A stretch of DNA of 64,000 nt from Candidatus Magasanikiibacteriota bacterium (GCA_016193335.1 JACPSK010000001.1:111926-175925); one strand, 5' to 3'. Counted from the first letter of the stretch, positions 1-9,620 are shown. Notes: generated from the letters alone by a model not told the origin. A program made the numbers and translations.

Positions 1-1309
1 AAAAACGCTGGCGGGATACCGACCAATCGCGGAGTTTGTACTGCGCAGCTCTTTCTGCCATTCCCTGTTTTACCAAAAAATCTATGATTTCTTCTCTTGC
101 CTCTCCCCATTTCCTCCCCTCAAATTCTTTGGGAGAGGCCAAAACCGCTTCTGGATCATGATGATAGCAATATTCGAGATTGCGCACTTTTTCAGCTTCT
201 GTTTTATCTTCCGGAAACATTACCGGACGAAGTGGAATGTCGTATTTTTTGGCGAATTTAAAATCGCGTTCATCATGAGCGCTTGAGCCTACTACTCCGC
301 TTCCGTAATCAACGATCACAAAAGAAGCAACCCACAAAGGCAGATCGCCGGTTCCATATGGATTGTCCATATACAGCCCGGTGAATATTCCTTCTATTTC
401 CTGTTCTATTTCAAATTTATTGCCTTCTCGTTTTCTCTTTTTTATATTTTCTACAAATGCCATGACCTCTTGTTCGCGTTCTGTTCCTTTCAAAAGTCCT
501 GGCAAGGCCGCGTGTTCAGGGGCGATGACAGCAAAAGTTTGAGCAGTATAGGTTTGCGGCACAGAATCATAAACTTCAAACACCATATCAGTGCCTTTGA
601 CTCTCATCTTAAAGTGCGCCCCTTCGCTTCGTCCTATCCAATCTCGTTGGCGTTTTTTTGTTTCTTCCGGCCAATCTATTCTCTCGAGTCCTTCCAGAAG
701 ACGATCGGCGTATTCAGTAATTTTCAGATACCATTGTTCCATTTGTCTTTGGTTGATCTCAGTGCCGCAACGTTCGCAATGACCTTCCGCAACTTGGTCA
801 TTGGCCAAGACTGTTTTACAGCTATCACACCAGTTCACGTTTTGTTTTTTTCTATATGCCAAACCCCTCTTATACATCAACAAAAAAAACCACTGCGTCC
901 ATTTGTAATAATCCGGATTATGACTGCCCACTTCCCTATCCCAGTCCACGGATACACCCAAGGCTTTGATTTGCGATCGAAAGTTGTCTATCGCTTTTTC
1001 AGTACTCTCGCGCGGATGAACATTTGTTTTTATGGCGTAATTCTCGGCCGGCAAGCCGAAAGAATCCCAGCCAATAACCTGAAGAACTTTTTTGCCCGCC
1101 ATGCGCTGATAACGAGCGTAAATGTCGCAGGCAGTGTACACTTCGGCGTGTCCCACGTGCAGACCGCTCCCGGACGGGTAGGGCAGCTGGGGCAGGATGT
1201 ACATTTTGTTTTCAGGCGAGACGTCCCGAGGAGTCTCGTACAATTTTTGGTCTGCCCAATACTTCTGCCATTTCGGCTCTATGCGCTTATGGTCGTAAGA
1301 TGATTCCAT
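1..1309 (-). CDS. leuS: Leucine--tRNA ligase, N-terminal part (runs off window start)
   Basis: Not in the ORF track. Manual reverse-complement translation from the ATG at 1309 gives MESSYDHKRIEPKWQKYW...LPYPSGSGLHVGH (HIGH motif)...GWDSFGLPAENYA...CDSCKTVLAN...CERC...AHDERDF. Confidence 0.95.
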   Translation of the reverse strand, partial: MESSYDHKRIEPKWQKYWADQKLYETPRDVSPENKMYILPQLPYPSGSGLHVGHAEVYTACDIYARYQRMAGKKVLQVIGWDSFGLPAENYAIKTNVHPRESTEKAIDNFRSQIKALGVSVDWDREVGSHNPDYYKWTQWFFLLMYKRGLAYRKKQNVNWCDSCKTVLANDQVAEGHCERCGTEINQRQMEQWYLKITEYADRLLEGLERIDWPEETKKRQRDWIGRSEGAHFKMRVKGTDMVFEVYDSVPQTYTAQTFAVIAPEHAALPGLLKGTEREQEVMAFVENIKKRKREGNKFEIEQEIEGIFTGLYMDNPYGTGDLPLWVASFVIVDYGSGVVGSSAHDERDFKFAKKYDIPLRPVMFPEDKTEAEKVRNLEYCYHHDPEAVLASPKEFEGRKWGEAREEIIDFLVKQGMAERAAQYKLRDWSVSRQRF

Positions 1310-1474
1310 ATATAAAGCTTCAACTAAGTGATTAACCCCCGTAAAACAATATCAATTCCAATCTTGAAAATCAAGTTTTGATTGACCATATCTGCGTTCA
1401 TGAGAGTTGCGTCCCAGAACTCGACCTGATACCATATCACAGGTAATCTATCCATTTATAATCTATACATAAAT

Positions 1475-2110
1475 ATGTCCGAACTCTACGAAGGACACAA
1501 CCTGACAACCCGAAAGGACACGGCAAAAAATGAGGGGTCTGACACAACCTCAAAAAACGCGCTTATCACGCGTCTTTTCGAACAAGCAAAACATAATGAT
1601 GAAAGTGCATGGAGGTTATTGCTGGAAAGCATGAAGGCGGAACTCATGCAAAGAGCCCTTATTTTCACAAAAGGTGATGAGAGTATGGCCGAGGATCTGC
1701 TTCAAAACGTATTCACAAAATTGTGGGAAAAAATAGAGGATATCGAAGTGGACAACCCCAGGGCCTATATCCATAGAATGCTGACGAATAAAGCGATCAG
1801 CGGAAAAAGAAAAAGAACAGACGTTCATCTTGCGGACGTTTTTCATGATGCCGAAGGTGAAGAAATTCCGGTGCCGGACACCGAAGGCCGTAATCCGGAG
1901 CAACTGCTGCTCGACAAGATGTCAGCCGAGCAGCTCGGAGCCGTGCTTGATTCGCTGAATCCGGACATGAAGCAAATATGTATTTTGCACTTTCTTGAGG
2001 GCAAAAAAATCAGAGAGGTAGCAGAGCAGTTGAAAATACCCGAAAACACGGTAAAAACAAAAATTTTCCGGGCGAGAAAAATAATTGCCGAAGCAATGGA
2101 ACGCAATTAA
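1475..2110 (+). CDS. ECF (sigma-70 group 4) RNA polymerase sigma factor
   Basis: Region 2 (AEDLLQNVFTKLW...RAYIHRMLTNKAI) and region 4 HTH (IREVAEQLKIPENTVKTKIFRAR). Confidence 0.9.
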   Translation: MSELYEGHNLTTRKDTAKNEGSDTTSKNALITRLFEQAKHNDESAWRLLLESMKAELMQRALIFTKGDESMAEDLLQNVFTKLWEKIEDIEVDNPRAYIHRMLTNKAISGKRKRTDVHLADVFHDAEGEEIPVPDTEGRNPEQLLLDKMSAEQLGAVLDSLNPDMKQICILHFLEGKKIREVAEQLKIPENTVKTKIFRARKIIAEAMERN

Positions 2111-2180
2111 ACAGGACGGACATTTTGTTGGCGTAATCCGCCGAAGTCCCAATTATTATCGGGACGAAGATGGATTAGGT

Positions 2181-2960
2181 TTATCCACGCATCAGTTCCA
2201 TAATGCGCTCATGAATTTTTGGATTGGCAATAACGATGTCCTGCCTCCCGCGCCGCCATTCATTCCCATCGCTGTCCGTAACTCTGGCGCCGGCTTCACG
2301 ACAGATGAGAACCGGAGCGAGAAAATCATGATCCAAACCGGCGTTTTGCAAAAAGAAATCCAATCCCCCACTCGCCACATAACACATGGGTAGCACGGTT
2401 CCATGGCTCTGTAGCCAGGTTTTGGTTTCGCGCAAGAGTCTTACTCCCAGTTCGATATAACGCTCGGCATGGGTTCCGTATACTACATCGTTTTCATAAT
2501 GCCGAGAAAAAGATCCCACACTGTGTACCAGATTCGGCTTGGCGTTTATCTTAATTGGCATTCCATTCATACTGGCTCCTTTGCCTTGTTCCGCGAAAAA
2601 AAATTCTTTGACTATGCTATTGTACACGCCGGCGTATAAAGTCTCTCCTTTGTATTCCACCGCGATGATATGGCACCAAAGCGGAATGCCATTGGCAAAA
2701 TTTCGAGTGCCGTCAATGGGATCTATCACCCACTCATAGTCTGCTCCCGGGTTGATGGGCGTCTCTCTTTCTTCGCTCGAAATCTGATGCTCCGGATATT
2801 CTCTGTGTATGGCATTCACCAAAAAATCGCTCACCGCGAGATCAGCCTCGGTCAAAAGATCGTATAAATTTGATTTTGTCTCAAAACTAACCCCTTTATC
2901 AAAATAGGTTTTTGAGAGAGACCCTGCTTCTTCCATGATTGATCTCAAAAAATCACGCAC
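2181..2960 (-). CDS. Inositol monophosphatase family protein
   Basis: WVIDPIDGTRNF motif. Start placed at the GTG at 2960 (alternative ATG 2936); the longer ORF-track extension is probably spurious. Confidence 0.88.
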   Translation of the reverse strand: MRDFLRSIMEEAGSLSKTYFDKGVSFETKSNLYDLLTEADLAVSDFLVNAIHREYPEHQISSEERETPINPGADYEWVIDPIDGTRNFANGIPLWCHIIAVEYKGETLYAGVYNSIVKEFFFAEQGKGASMNGMPIKINAKPNLVHSVGSFSRHYENDVVYGTHAERYIELGVRLLRETKTWLQSHGTVLPMCYVASGGLDFFLQNAGLDHDFLAPVLICREAGARVTDSDGNEWRRGRQDIVIANPKIHERIMELMRG

Positions 2961-3058
2961 AAAAAAAAATGTTATATTGCCTGTATACTGTACAAAAAAT
3001 GCCCCAAAAATGCAATGATGTTTGTTTGCTAAAGATGAGCCGAGAGATAATCCCCTAG

Positions 3059-3086
3059 TTGACAAAAATTCCAAAAGCGATATACT
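3059..3086 (+). promoter_or_regulatory. sigma70-like promoter
   Basis: TTGACA-N16-TATACT upstream of the 3177 ORF. Confidence 0.65.
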
Positions 3087-3176
3087 CTCTTGTTCCATGT
3101 TGTAAATCGGATTTCTGTGTGTGTCTTTAGGGGCTTCCACAAAAATTCGATTTACAAACACGGAGAAAGGGAGAAC

Positions 3177-3467
3177 ATGGCAGGACCTGCGAAAAAAAAA
3201 GTAGAGGGGATGACCGGCCCTGAGTTCATCGGTTTTCTCATGACCTTGCCGGGCATGTATTATGCCTGGCGGACGGGATGGAGATTCGCCGAAGACAGAT
3301 GGCCCCTTCCCCGGCTCATGGATTGGGTCAACGATGATGCGTTGAGCCTCTCCTGGACCTGGGTTTCGCACTTTTTGTGCGCTTTTGTCTTGACGCTCGC
3401 GGCGATGTATACCATCGTCGGCATCATCAAGATGCTCTCGAAACTTTCGAGCAAAGCTTCGAGCTGA
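3177..3467 (+). CDS. Small hypothetical membrane protein (96 aa)
   Basis: ATG preceded by GGAGAAAGGGAG (SD), own promoter, two hydrophobic segments, more GC-rich than its neighbours. Confidence 0.6.
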   Translation: MAGPAKKKVEGMTGPEFIGFLMTLPGMYYAWRTGWRFAEDRWPLPRLMDWVNDDALSLSWTWVSHFLCAFVLTLAAMYTIVGIIKMLSKLSSKASS

Positions 3468-3483
3468 AAAACCCGGACCTGCC

Positions 3484-3532
3484 CGCATTCCTTATATTCA
3501 ATACTCACCACAGTAGGAATATAAGGAATGCG
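3484..3532. terminator. 16-bp perfect inverted repeat between convergent genes
   Basis: CGCATTCCTTATATTC (3484-3499) / GAATATAAGGAATGCG (3517-3532), followed by TTTT. Confidence 0.6.
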
Positions 3533-3536
3533 TTTT

Positions 3537-4763
3537 CTAATATGTCATCGCTCCGGCTATGCGCTCCACTGCTTTTACAAAAGCGGCAGTTCTCATGTCT
3601 ATACCATATTTTTCTTTGGTCTCCCACACTTCGGCGAAGGAACGATTCATGATTGTCTCGAGTTTCGCAAGAACTTCTGCTTCGCTCCAGTGTTCGTTTC
3701 TTACGTTTTGCTGCCATTCAAAACAGCTTACGGTTACGCCACCCGCGTTCGCCAAAACATCCGGCACGGCCACGATCCCTTTTTCTTTGAGAATTATATC
3801 AGCTTCAGGAGTGGTAGGACCGTTTGCCAATTCCACCAAGGCTTTCGCCCCTACTTTTGAAGCGTTTTTTTCGGTGATAACATTCTCCAACGCCGCAGGT
3901 ACCAGTATATCCACATCCAATTCCAAAATTTCTTCATTGTTTATAGGCTCTGTGCCGGCCGCGCCAGAGACCTTGCCCGTATCATGCTTATGCGCAAGGA
4001 GCGCGGGCACATCCAATCCTTCCATATTTTTGACTCCGCCGCTTGAATCGCTCACTGCCACTATTTTGTAGCCGTCTTTGGCCAAAATATCGGCCATAAA
4101 ACTGCCGGCATTCCCAAAACCCTGCACAGCGACTCTGGTCTGCGCCGGATTCCAATTCATTTTTTTAACAAGTTCTCTCACACAGTACACGCCGCCCTGC
4201 GCAGTGGAAAATCCTCTGCCCTCAGAACCGCCCTCTTCTAAGGGTTTTCCGGTGATCACTCCGGGGTCGGCATGGCCGAGCAATGTCTCGTATTCATCAC
4301 GCATCCAAGCCATAATTTGAGGAGTGGTATACACATCCGGCGCGGGGATATCTTTGTCTGAGCCGATATCTCTCCATATTCTTCTTATGTAAGAACGGGA
4401 GAGACGCTCCAATTCTCCTTCAGAGAGTTCTTTCGGATTCACAATGATCCCGCCCTTTGCCCCGCCGAGCGGAATATCCACCACCGCGCACTTGATAGCC
4501 ATCCAAAAAGATAAAGCTTTTACTTCATCGAGAGAGACGTTAGGGTGGTATCTGATGCCGCCTTTGTAAGGACCCCGAGCGCTTGAATATTGGCTTCTAT
4601 ACCCGGTAAAAACCTTCACTCCCCCCTTGTCCATAGTTACCGGGACAGAAACAGTTAAAATTCTCTCAGGTTGCTTGAGCATTTCATGTATATTGGTATC
4701 AAGATGTATAATGTCGGCCGCGAGCGCTAACTGCTGCATGGCATTGTCAAAAGGACTCTGCAT
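3537..4763 (-). CDS. gdhA: Glu/Leu/Phe/Val dehydrogenase (glutamate dehydrogenase)
   Basis: GPYKGGIRY, GGAKGG, DIPAPD, QGFGNAG and ANAGGV motifs. Confidence 0.93.
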   Translation of the reverse strand: MQSPFDNAMQQLALAADIIHLDTNIHEMLKQPERILTVSVPVTMDKGGVKVFTGYRSQYSSARGPYKGGIRYHPNVSLDEVKALSFWMAIKCAVVDIPLGGAKGGIIVNPKELSEGELERLSRSYIRRIWRDIGSDKDIPAPDVYTTPQIMAWMRDEYETLLGHADPGVITGKPLEEGGSEGRGFSTAQGGVYCVRELVKKMNWNPAQTRVAVQGFGNAGSFMADILAKDGYKIVAVSDSSGGVKNMEGLDVPALLAHKHDTGKVSGAAGTEPINNEEILELDVDILVPAALENVITEKNASKVGAKALVELANGPTTPEADIILKEKGIVAVPDVLANAGGVTVSCFEWQQNVRNEHWSEAEVLAKLETIMNRSFAEVWETKEKYGIDMRTAAFVKAVERIAGAMTY

Positions 4764-4876
4764 ACAAATGGATAAATGAATTATAGTTCTGAATAAGTGT
4801 ACGAAACTTCTCAGATACGGTCAAGGAAACGGGGATGTGCATAACAAGTATCTTTATACATTCCGCACTTTAATAT

Positions 4877-4904
4877 AAAACTGACCTTTGGCAGGTCAGT
4901 TTTT
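4877..4904 (-). terminator. Intrinsic terminator
   Basis: AAAACTGACCT-ttggc-AGGTCAGTTTT downstream of the 4933 gene. Confidence 0.65.
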
Positions 4905-4932
4905 GAGCCAGGCTCTAGATAAAATTTCTGCT

Positions 4933-5916
4933 CTATTGTCTTCCTGCCATTTTCTTATATCGAACATAAACCTTTCTTCCCACCCAATACAACAGGGCAA
5001 AAAAACCAAGATACAAAAGCCCGACCGGCAGATACAGAAGCACCCAGATAAGGCCGTCCACATACCATTTTAAGGTATCAAGAAGAGAGCGAGCGGCTTC
5101 TTTTACGGTTCCCCAAGGTTTCCACTGGTCCTCATTATCTATAACAGGCAAGGCCGAAGGATCGGTAGACAAATACATGGTAATGGTGGAAAGGGCGGCA
5201 CTTTGCTGCAAAAATTTCATTCTGCCTTGTATAAGCTCGATCTGAGAGCGAACAGCGCTCAATTCTCTTTGAACAGCCAAAATGTCTTCTATTTTCTCAG
5301 CCTTTTTCATGATTGCCAAAAATTGTTCCTCTGTAGCTCTCAAATTTTTGAGCTGAGAAGACAAATCAACAAATTCCTCAGTTACATCCTGCCCATTAAG
5401 TGTTTGACTTTTAACTTCACCGAATCCCTTCATATCTCTGAGCCCGCTGTCAAAAAAATCCGCCGGAATTCTTACTGAAACCGAACCGGACAAGCCCGGG
5501 CCTGTTTCATACAGCTCGCTAGAAATAACAAAGCCACCCTTAGCCTCGGCATACGAACTTATCACCGCTACTGCCTGGGCGACATCCTGAACCACCATGG
5601 TAAGCGTGGCGGTTTTTATGACCAAGCGATCTGTGCCATCGTCTGTAGAACCAAAAGTTTTTTGTTTTGACTCTGATGGCGCCATGGCCCTGTTGTCTTC
5701 TGCGCTTGGCACATCATTGGCGTACTTAAAAACTCCGGTTTGTTTTATCTCATCTGCATAGCCCCCGCTCAAACCAAGGGAATACTGTTCACTGGCACCC
5801 AAATAAGAATCTTTGGATCTGCCAAGCAGAAAAGCGAATAGGCCCGCAAGCAACAAACAAATAATCAATACAAGTCCCCCTATCTTCCAAGCGAGTTTTT
5901 TGTTTTCAGGATTCAT
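4933..5916 (-). CDS. DUF4349-like membrane-anchored protein
   Basis: N-terminal TM helix, RLVIKTATL...QDVTEEFVDL...IEDILAVQRELS coiled coil, C-terminal TM helix. Confidence 0.75.
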   Translation of the reverse strand: MNPENKKLAWKIGGLVLIICLLLAGLFAFLLGRSKDSYLGASEQYSLGLSGGYADEIKQTGVFKYANDVPSAEDNRAMAPSESKQKTFGSTDDGTDRLVIKTATLTMVVQDVAQAVAVISSYAEAKGGFVISSELYETGPGLSGSVSVRIPADFFDSGLRDMKGFGEVKSQTLNGQDVTEEFVDLSSQLKNLRATEEQFLAIMKKAEKIEDILAVQRELSAVRSQIELIQGRMKFLQQSAALSTITMYLSTDPSALPVIDNEDQWKPWGTVKEAARSLLDTLKWYVDGLIWVLLYLPVGLLYLGFFALLYWVGRKVYVRYKKMAGRQ

Positions 5917-5926
5917 ACTAGACGGT

Positions 5927-6080
5927 AATTTAAATTTTTACTTTTTAAACAATTTGTGATAGCACAATTTCTAATGATGTAAACAAAATACGGCTATATC
6001 AAACACACCTCGCAAACTCAATCATTAGAAATGATACATTGGAAATTGTTTAAAAATTATAAATTAAAAACTAAAAATTC
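5927..6080. repeat. AT-rich inverted-repeat element, copy A
   Basis: Perfect arms 5942-5955/6043-6056 (14 bp) and 5967-5978/6021-6032 (12 bp); shares a 23-nt exact match with copy B at 30 kb. Confidence 0.7.
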
Positions 6081-6108
6081 TTTATTACCATGAGTATACT
6101 CAATCCAC

Positions 6109-6137
6109 AAAAAAAAGCCAGCCCAACGCGGGCAGGC
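6109..6137 (-). terminator. Intrinsic terminator of trxA
   Basis: Minus strand reads GCCTGCCCGCGTTGGGCTGGC followed by T8. Confidence 0.65.
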
Positions 6138-6159
6138 CTGAAAACAGCAAAAATATCCT

Positions 6160-6486
6160 TTAGCTCAGATGTCTTTCAAAAAATTCTTTCAGTTTTTCTT
6201 TTGGAACGCCGCCGATGAGTTTGTCAGCCACTGCGCCATTTTTGAAAACAATAAAAGTCGGAATACTAAGCACCTGATAAGTGCCCGCGATACCGGGATT
6301 ATCGTCCACATTCAATTTGGCCACTTTTGCCTTTGCCATATCATAAGAAGCCGCCAGTTCTTCCACAATAGGACCCATCATTTGACAAGGTCCGCACCAA
6401 GGAGCCCAAAAATCAACCAAGACTGGTGCCGTTGATTTGAGGACCTCTTGTTCAAAATTCTGTTCGGTGAGAGCGATTTCCGGCAT
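6160..6486 (-). CDS. trxA: Thioredoxin
   Basis: DFWAPWCGPC active site, 108 aa. Confidence 0.95.
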   Translation of the reverse strand: MPEIALTEQNFEQEVLKSTAPVLVDFWAPWCGPCQMMGPIVEELAASYDMAKAKVAKLNVDDNPGIAGTYQVLSIPTFIVFKNGAVADKLIGGVPKEKLKEFFERHLS

Positions 6487-6527
6487 ACAATATGTTTAAA
6501 GTATAAATAATATTCGAAATAAAATAC

Positions 6528-7385
6528 CTAAGCGGCTAGAGCATCTTCTCCATTTTCATCATCAGAATTGACGCTTGCGGCTTCTTCTAGGCCCGGTATG
6601 CTAGTTTTTTGTTTTCTGTATTCTTTTAGATCGGTAATCTCAGCTATTTTCTTTGATTTTTGAACATTTTCTTTTGGTCTACCGGCAGGCTCCTTGTCTT
6701 CTGACTCAGTGACCGAATCTTTGGCGTACAAAAAACGTATTTGAGTTATAACCTCTTGTCCTTTGGCGTCAGGATGCCTGTATTTTGCTATAAAACCTTC
6801 TGAACCCAGATAATTCCATGGCTCGATGTCAAATCTTGTAGAAACTGCAGTAGCCGAGTCAGCGGGCGGGTTTTCCAAAAGACCTTTCATTTCATCCGCT
6901 CTCGCCGCGGCTATCACAAATACAGGACCTTTATCAAAATCAACCCTATTGCCCATGCGACGGGTATCCAATCCTTGATCTTCAACAGCTCCTGTTTCGT
7001 TTTGCTTCTCATGAAGCATATAAATCTCAGGACCGAAAGATCTGAAAATGGAAATCAATTTTTTTACGATATCAGAATCAAGTCTGCCTTCCTCAATCTG
7101 ATCTTCTATATCATCCACTGCCGATATGTCCCCTTCTTCTATGGAACCCGCGCTCGCGTGAGCGGTTTCCATATCATGGGATTTTATCTTCAAATCCATA
7201 CCGCTGATAAGGTCCGGTTCAGATACTCTTACCAGATCCACTTGTTGGCCATTCAAAAGCCTGGTCCATAATCTGCCGCTCAGAATATCCCTATTTTCGC
7301 GCACATGAGCGTCAGCAGGTTTCAAAAATTCAGAGGGCTTCTCCATTTCAGTTTTTACGGGTCGTTCAGCCGAGTCCAAAGCCAT
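6528..7385 (-). CDS. Hypothetical acidic protein
   Basis: Long ORF (~285 aa from the ATG at 7385) with no recognisable motif. Confidence 0.6.
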   Translation of the reverse strand: MALDSAERPVKTEMEKPSEFLKPADAHVRENRDILSGRLWTRLLNGQQVDLVRVSEPDLISGMDLKIKSHDMETAHASAGSIEEGDISAVDDIEDQIEEGRLDSDIVKKLISIFRSFGPEIYMLHEKQNETGAVEDQGLDTRRMGNRVDFDKGPVFVIAAARADEMKGLLENPPADSATAVSTRFDIEPWNYLGSEGFIAKYRHPDAKGQEVITQIRFLYAKDSVTESEDKEPAGRPKENVQKSKKIAEITDLKEYRKQKTSIPGLEEAASVNSDDENGEDALAA

Positions 7386-7525
7386 AGTATTCCTTGATAA
7401 TATATATCTCTTGAGAAAACAAATCACTCCCGGAATTCCTCTCTGTAAGAATCAGTTCAACAAGTAATCTGTGGCAAAAGGCAATGCATTACTTGCGCGT
7501 GACGCTGTGAGAAGGTATTAAGTAC

Positions 7526-9550
7526 TCAATCCAGAAACTCAAGCTTCCTGGCTTTTGATTCTTCAGTGTAAGCCTCTAATATGTCATCTTCTTGGATTCG
7601 TTCTTTGGTTTCTATATTCATGCCGCATTCCGTACCTTCTGTTACTTCTTTCACGGCCTGCTGACCGATTTTAATTTCTTTGAGCATTCCTGCACCCATA
7701 AGCACGTCTTGACGCTTGATACGTATAGAAGCTTTTACCAGAGGCTTTCCATTCAAAACTCTGGCGCCCACTATCATGGCATTTTTATCTCTCTTAAAAA
7801 TCGCGAGTACCCGAAGACTGCCAAGCTCAGTGACTATTTTTTCAAATTCCAATAATTTCTGCAATTCTTCTTTTACCCAATCGATAAGATCATAAATGAT
7901 TTTGTAATGCCGAAAACTGATATTTTGGTCTCGTATAAGCATTTCGGCGCTCGCCGTGGGCTGGACGTTGAAACCCACCAAAATCCCCTCACCGGTTTGA
8001 GCTTTTTTTACATCATCTTCGCTTATATTGCCCAGACCTTTGCCTATAATTTTTACTCCCACTTCATCATGTTTTATTTTTGAAAGAGAAGAAAGAATGG
8101 CTTCAAGAGACCCGAGAACATCAGCTTTTACCACCAAATTGATCGTTTTCTTTTTTATTTCATCGTCTCCCTGCATGGCCGCCAAAATGCTGGCGCGCTC
8201 TGCGCCTGTTTGTTGGACACGCTTCTGTTTTAGATTGATCTCAGTGGCAGAGGCCGCCTTGCCGGTGTCCAATATATCTCCCACTTCCGGCGCAACCTTA
8301 AAACCCAAAATCTGGGCAGGCACCGACGGACCGGCCGTTTCCAAATCTACGCCACGGTGATCTTTCATAGCCCGCACTTTTCCATATATTTCCCCATTTA
8401 CCACGAGTTTATCTCCTCGTTTCAAAGTTCCGCTTTGCACCAAAACAGTGGCCACCGCCCCCATACCCTTATCTATATGTGTTTCAATAATCGTACCCAC
8501 GGCCGGCATGTCCGGGTCTGCCACTATGCCGCCTTCGTGCATATCGGCCACCAAAAGCAAAACATCGAGCAGACCGTCTATGTTTGTATTCTGTTTTGCA
8601 GAAATATCCACTACCGGAATTTTCCCGCCCCATTCTTCCGGGACAATATCGTATTTTGTGAGTTCAGAACGCACCTTCTCCGGATCTGCTCCCGGCTTAT
8701 CTATTTTATTGATAGCAACCACAAAAGGCAGTTTCGCGGCTTTTATAATGTCTATGGCTTCTTTGGTCTGAGGCTTGACTCCATCGTCTGCCGCCACAAT
8801 AAGCACGGCTATATCCGCAACCCTCGCGCCTCGGCTTCTCATCATCGTAAAAGCCTCATGTCCTGGCGTGTCTATAAAACTGATAGCGCGCTCTTCTTTT
8901 GTCTTTGGATCTTTCCAAAGCGTTTGATACGCGCCTATATGCTGCGTTATTCCTCCTGCTTCTCCTCCAGCAACATCAGTCTGCCGTATGGTATCAAGAA
9001 GCAGGGTCTTCCCATGATCCACATGGCCCATAATAACAATGACCGGCGGCCTCTTCTGAAGATTTTTGCCAGTGGCAAGAGCCTCTTCCAATGTCTTGTC
9101 TCGGTGATCTTCTTGGGTCTCCTCAGCTGCTCCGTCTTCTTTGATAACGGTAAATCCGAGTTCTTCGGCCATAATCGCGGCTGTGTCAAAATCTATATCC
9201 TGATTCTGATTCGCCAAAATGCCGTTTTTCATGAGCTCCATGATGACCTGAGGAGTGGAAAGCTCCATGCGTTCCGCGAATTCTCTAACCGTAATAAAAG
9301 AAGGCAGACGCACCGAATGTCCGGCTTCTTTTCTAAGTTCACGTTCCTTTTGTTTCCGCTCTTCCAGTTCTTTGCGCTGTTTTTCTTCCATGTCTTTTCT
9401 CATGAAACGCCACTTCTTCATGACCTGTTGAGCCACTTTGTCGTCTATTTTGATGGCCTTTTTTCCAATATCAAAACCATACTCAGGAAGAGCATCAAGT
9501 AAATCTTTGGTGTTCACTCTCAATTTTCGGGCGAGTTCCGTGACATTCAT
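7526..9550 (-). CDS. infB: Translation initiation factor IF-2
   Basis: MGHVDHGKT, GGITQHIGAY, DTPGHEAF and NKID motifs. Confidence 0.97.
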   Translation of the reverse strand: MNVTELARKLRVNTKDLLDALPEYGFDIGKKAIKIDDKVAQQVMKKWRFMRKDMEEKQRKELEERKQKERELRKEAGHSVRLPSFITVREFAERMELSTPQVIMELMKNGILANQNQDIDFDTAAIMAEELGFTVIKEDGAAEETQEDHRDKTLEEALATGKNLQKRPPVIVIMGHVDHGKTLLLDTIRQTDVAGGEAGGITQHIGAYQTLWKDPKTKEERAISFIDTPGHEAFTMMRSRGARVADIAVLIVAADDGVKPQTKEAIDIIKAAKLPFVVAINKIDKPGADPEKVRSELTKYDIVPEEWGGKIPVVDISAKQNTNIDGLLDVLLLVADMHEGGIVADPDMPAVGTIIETHIDKGMGAVATVLVQSGTLKRGDKLVVNGEIYGKVRAMKDHRGVDLETAGPSVPAQILGFKVAPEVGDILDTGKAASATEINLKQKRVQQTGAERASILAAMQGDDEIKKKTINLVVKADVLGSLEAILSSLSKIKHDEVGVKIIGKGLGNISEDDVKKAQTGEGILVGFNVQPTASAEMLIRDQNISFRHYKIIYDLIDWVKEELQKLLEFEKIVTELGSLRVLAIFKRDKNAMIVGARVLNGKPLVKASIRIKRQDVLMGAGMLKEIKIGQQAVKEVTEGTECGMNIETKERIQEDDILEAYTEESKARKLEFLD

Positions 9551-9591
9551 AACATAAAATAATCTAGCCTCTGCATTATGAAGAGGATTTG

Positions 9592-9620
9592 AGTATACAA
9601 AATACGCACAGGAAAGTCAA
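9592..9620 (-). promoter_or_regulatory. sigma70-like promoter of infB
   Basis: Minus strand TTGACT-N17-TATACT. Confidence 0.65.

Noticed and set aside
470-1303. 277-aa plus-strand ORF
   Set aside because: Antisense shadow of leuS, which is absent from the track because it runs off the window.
2961-3488. N-terminal extension making the IMPase 435 aa
   Set aside because: It overlaps a plus-strand promoter, SD and ORF, and has no domain-like content; most likely chance stop-free sequence.
8357-9502. 381-aa plus-strand ORF and similar long antisense ORFs (e.g. 14983-15785, 61468-62112)
   Set aside because: They lie opposite well-supported genes and are codon-bias shadows.
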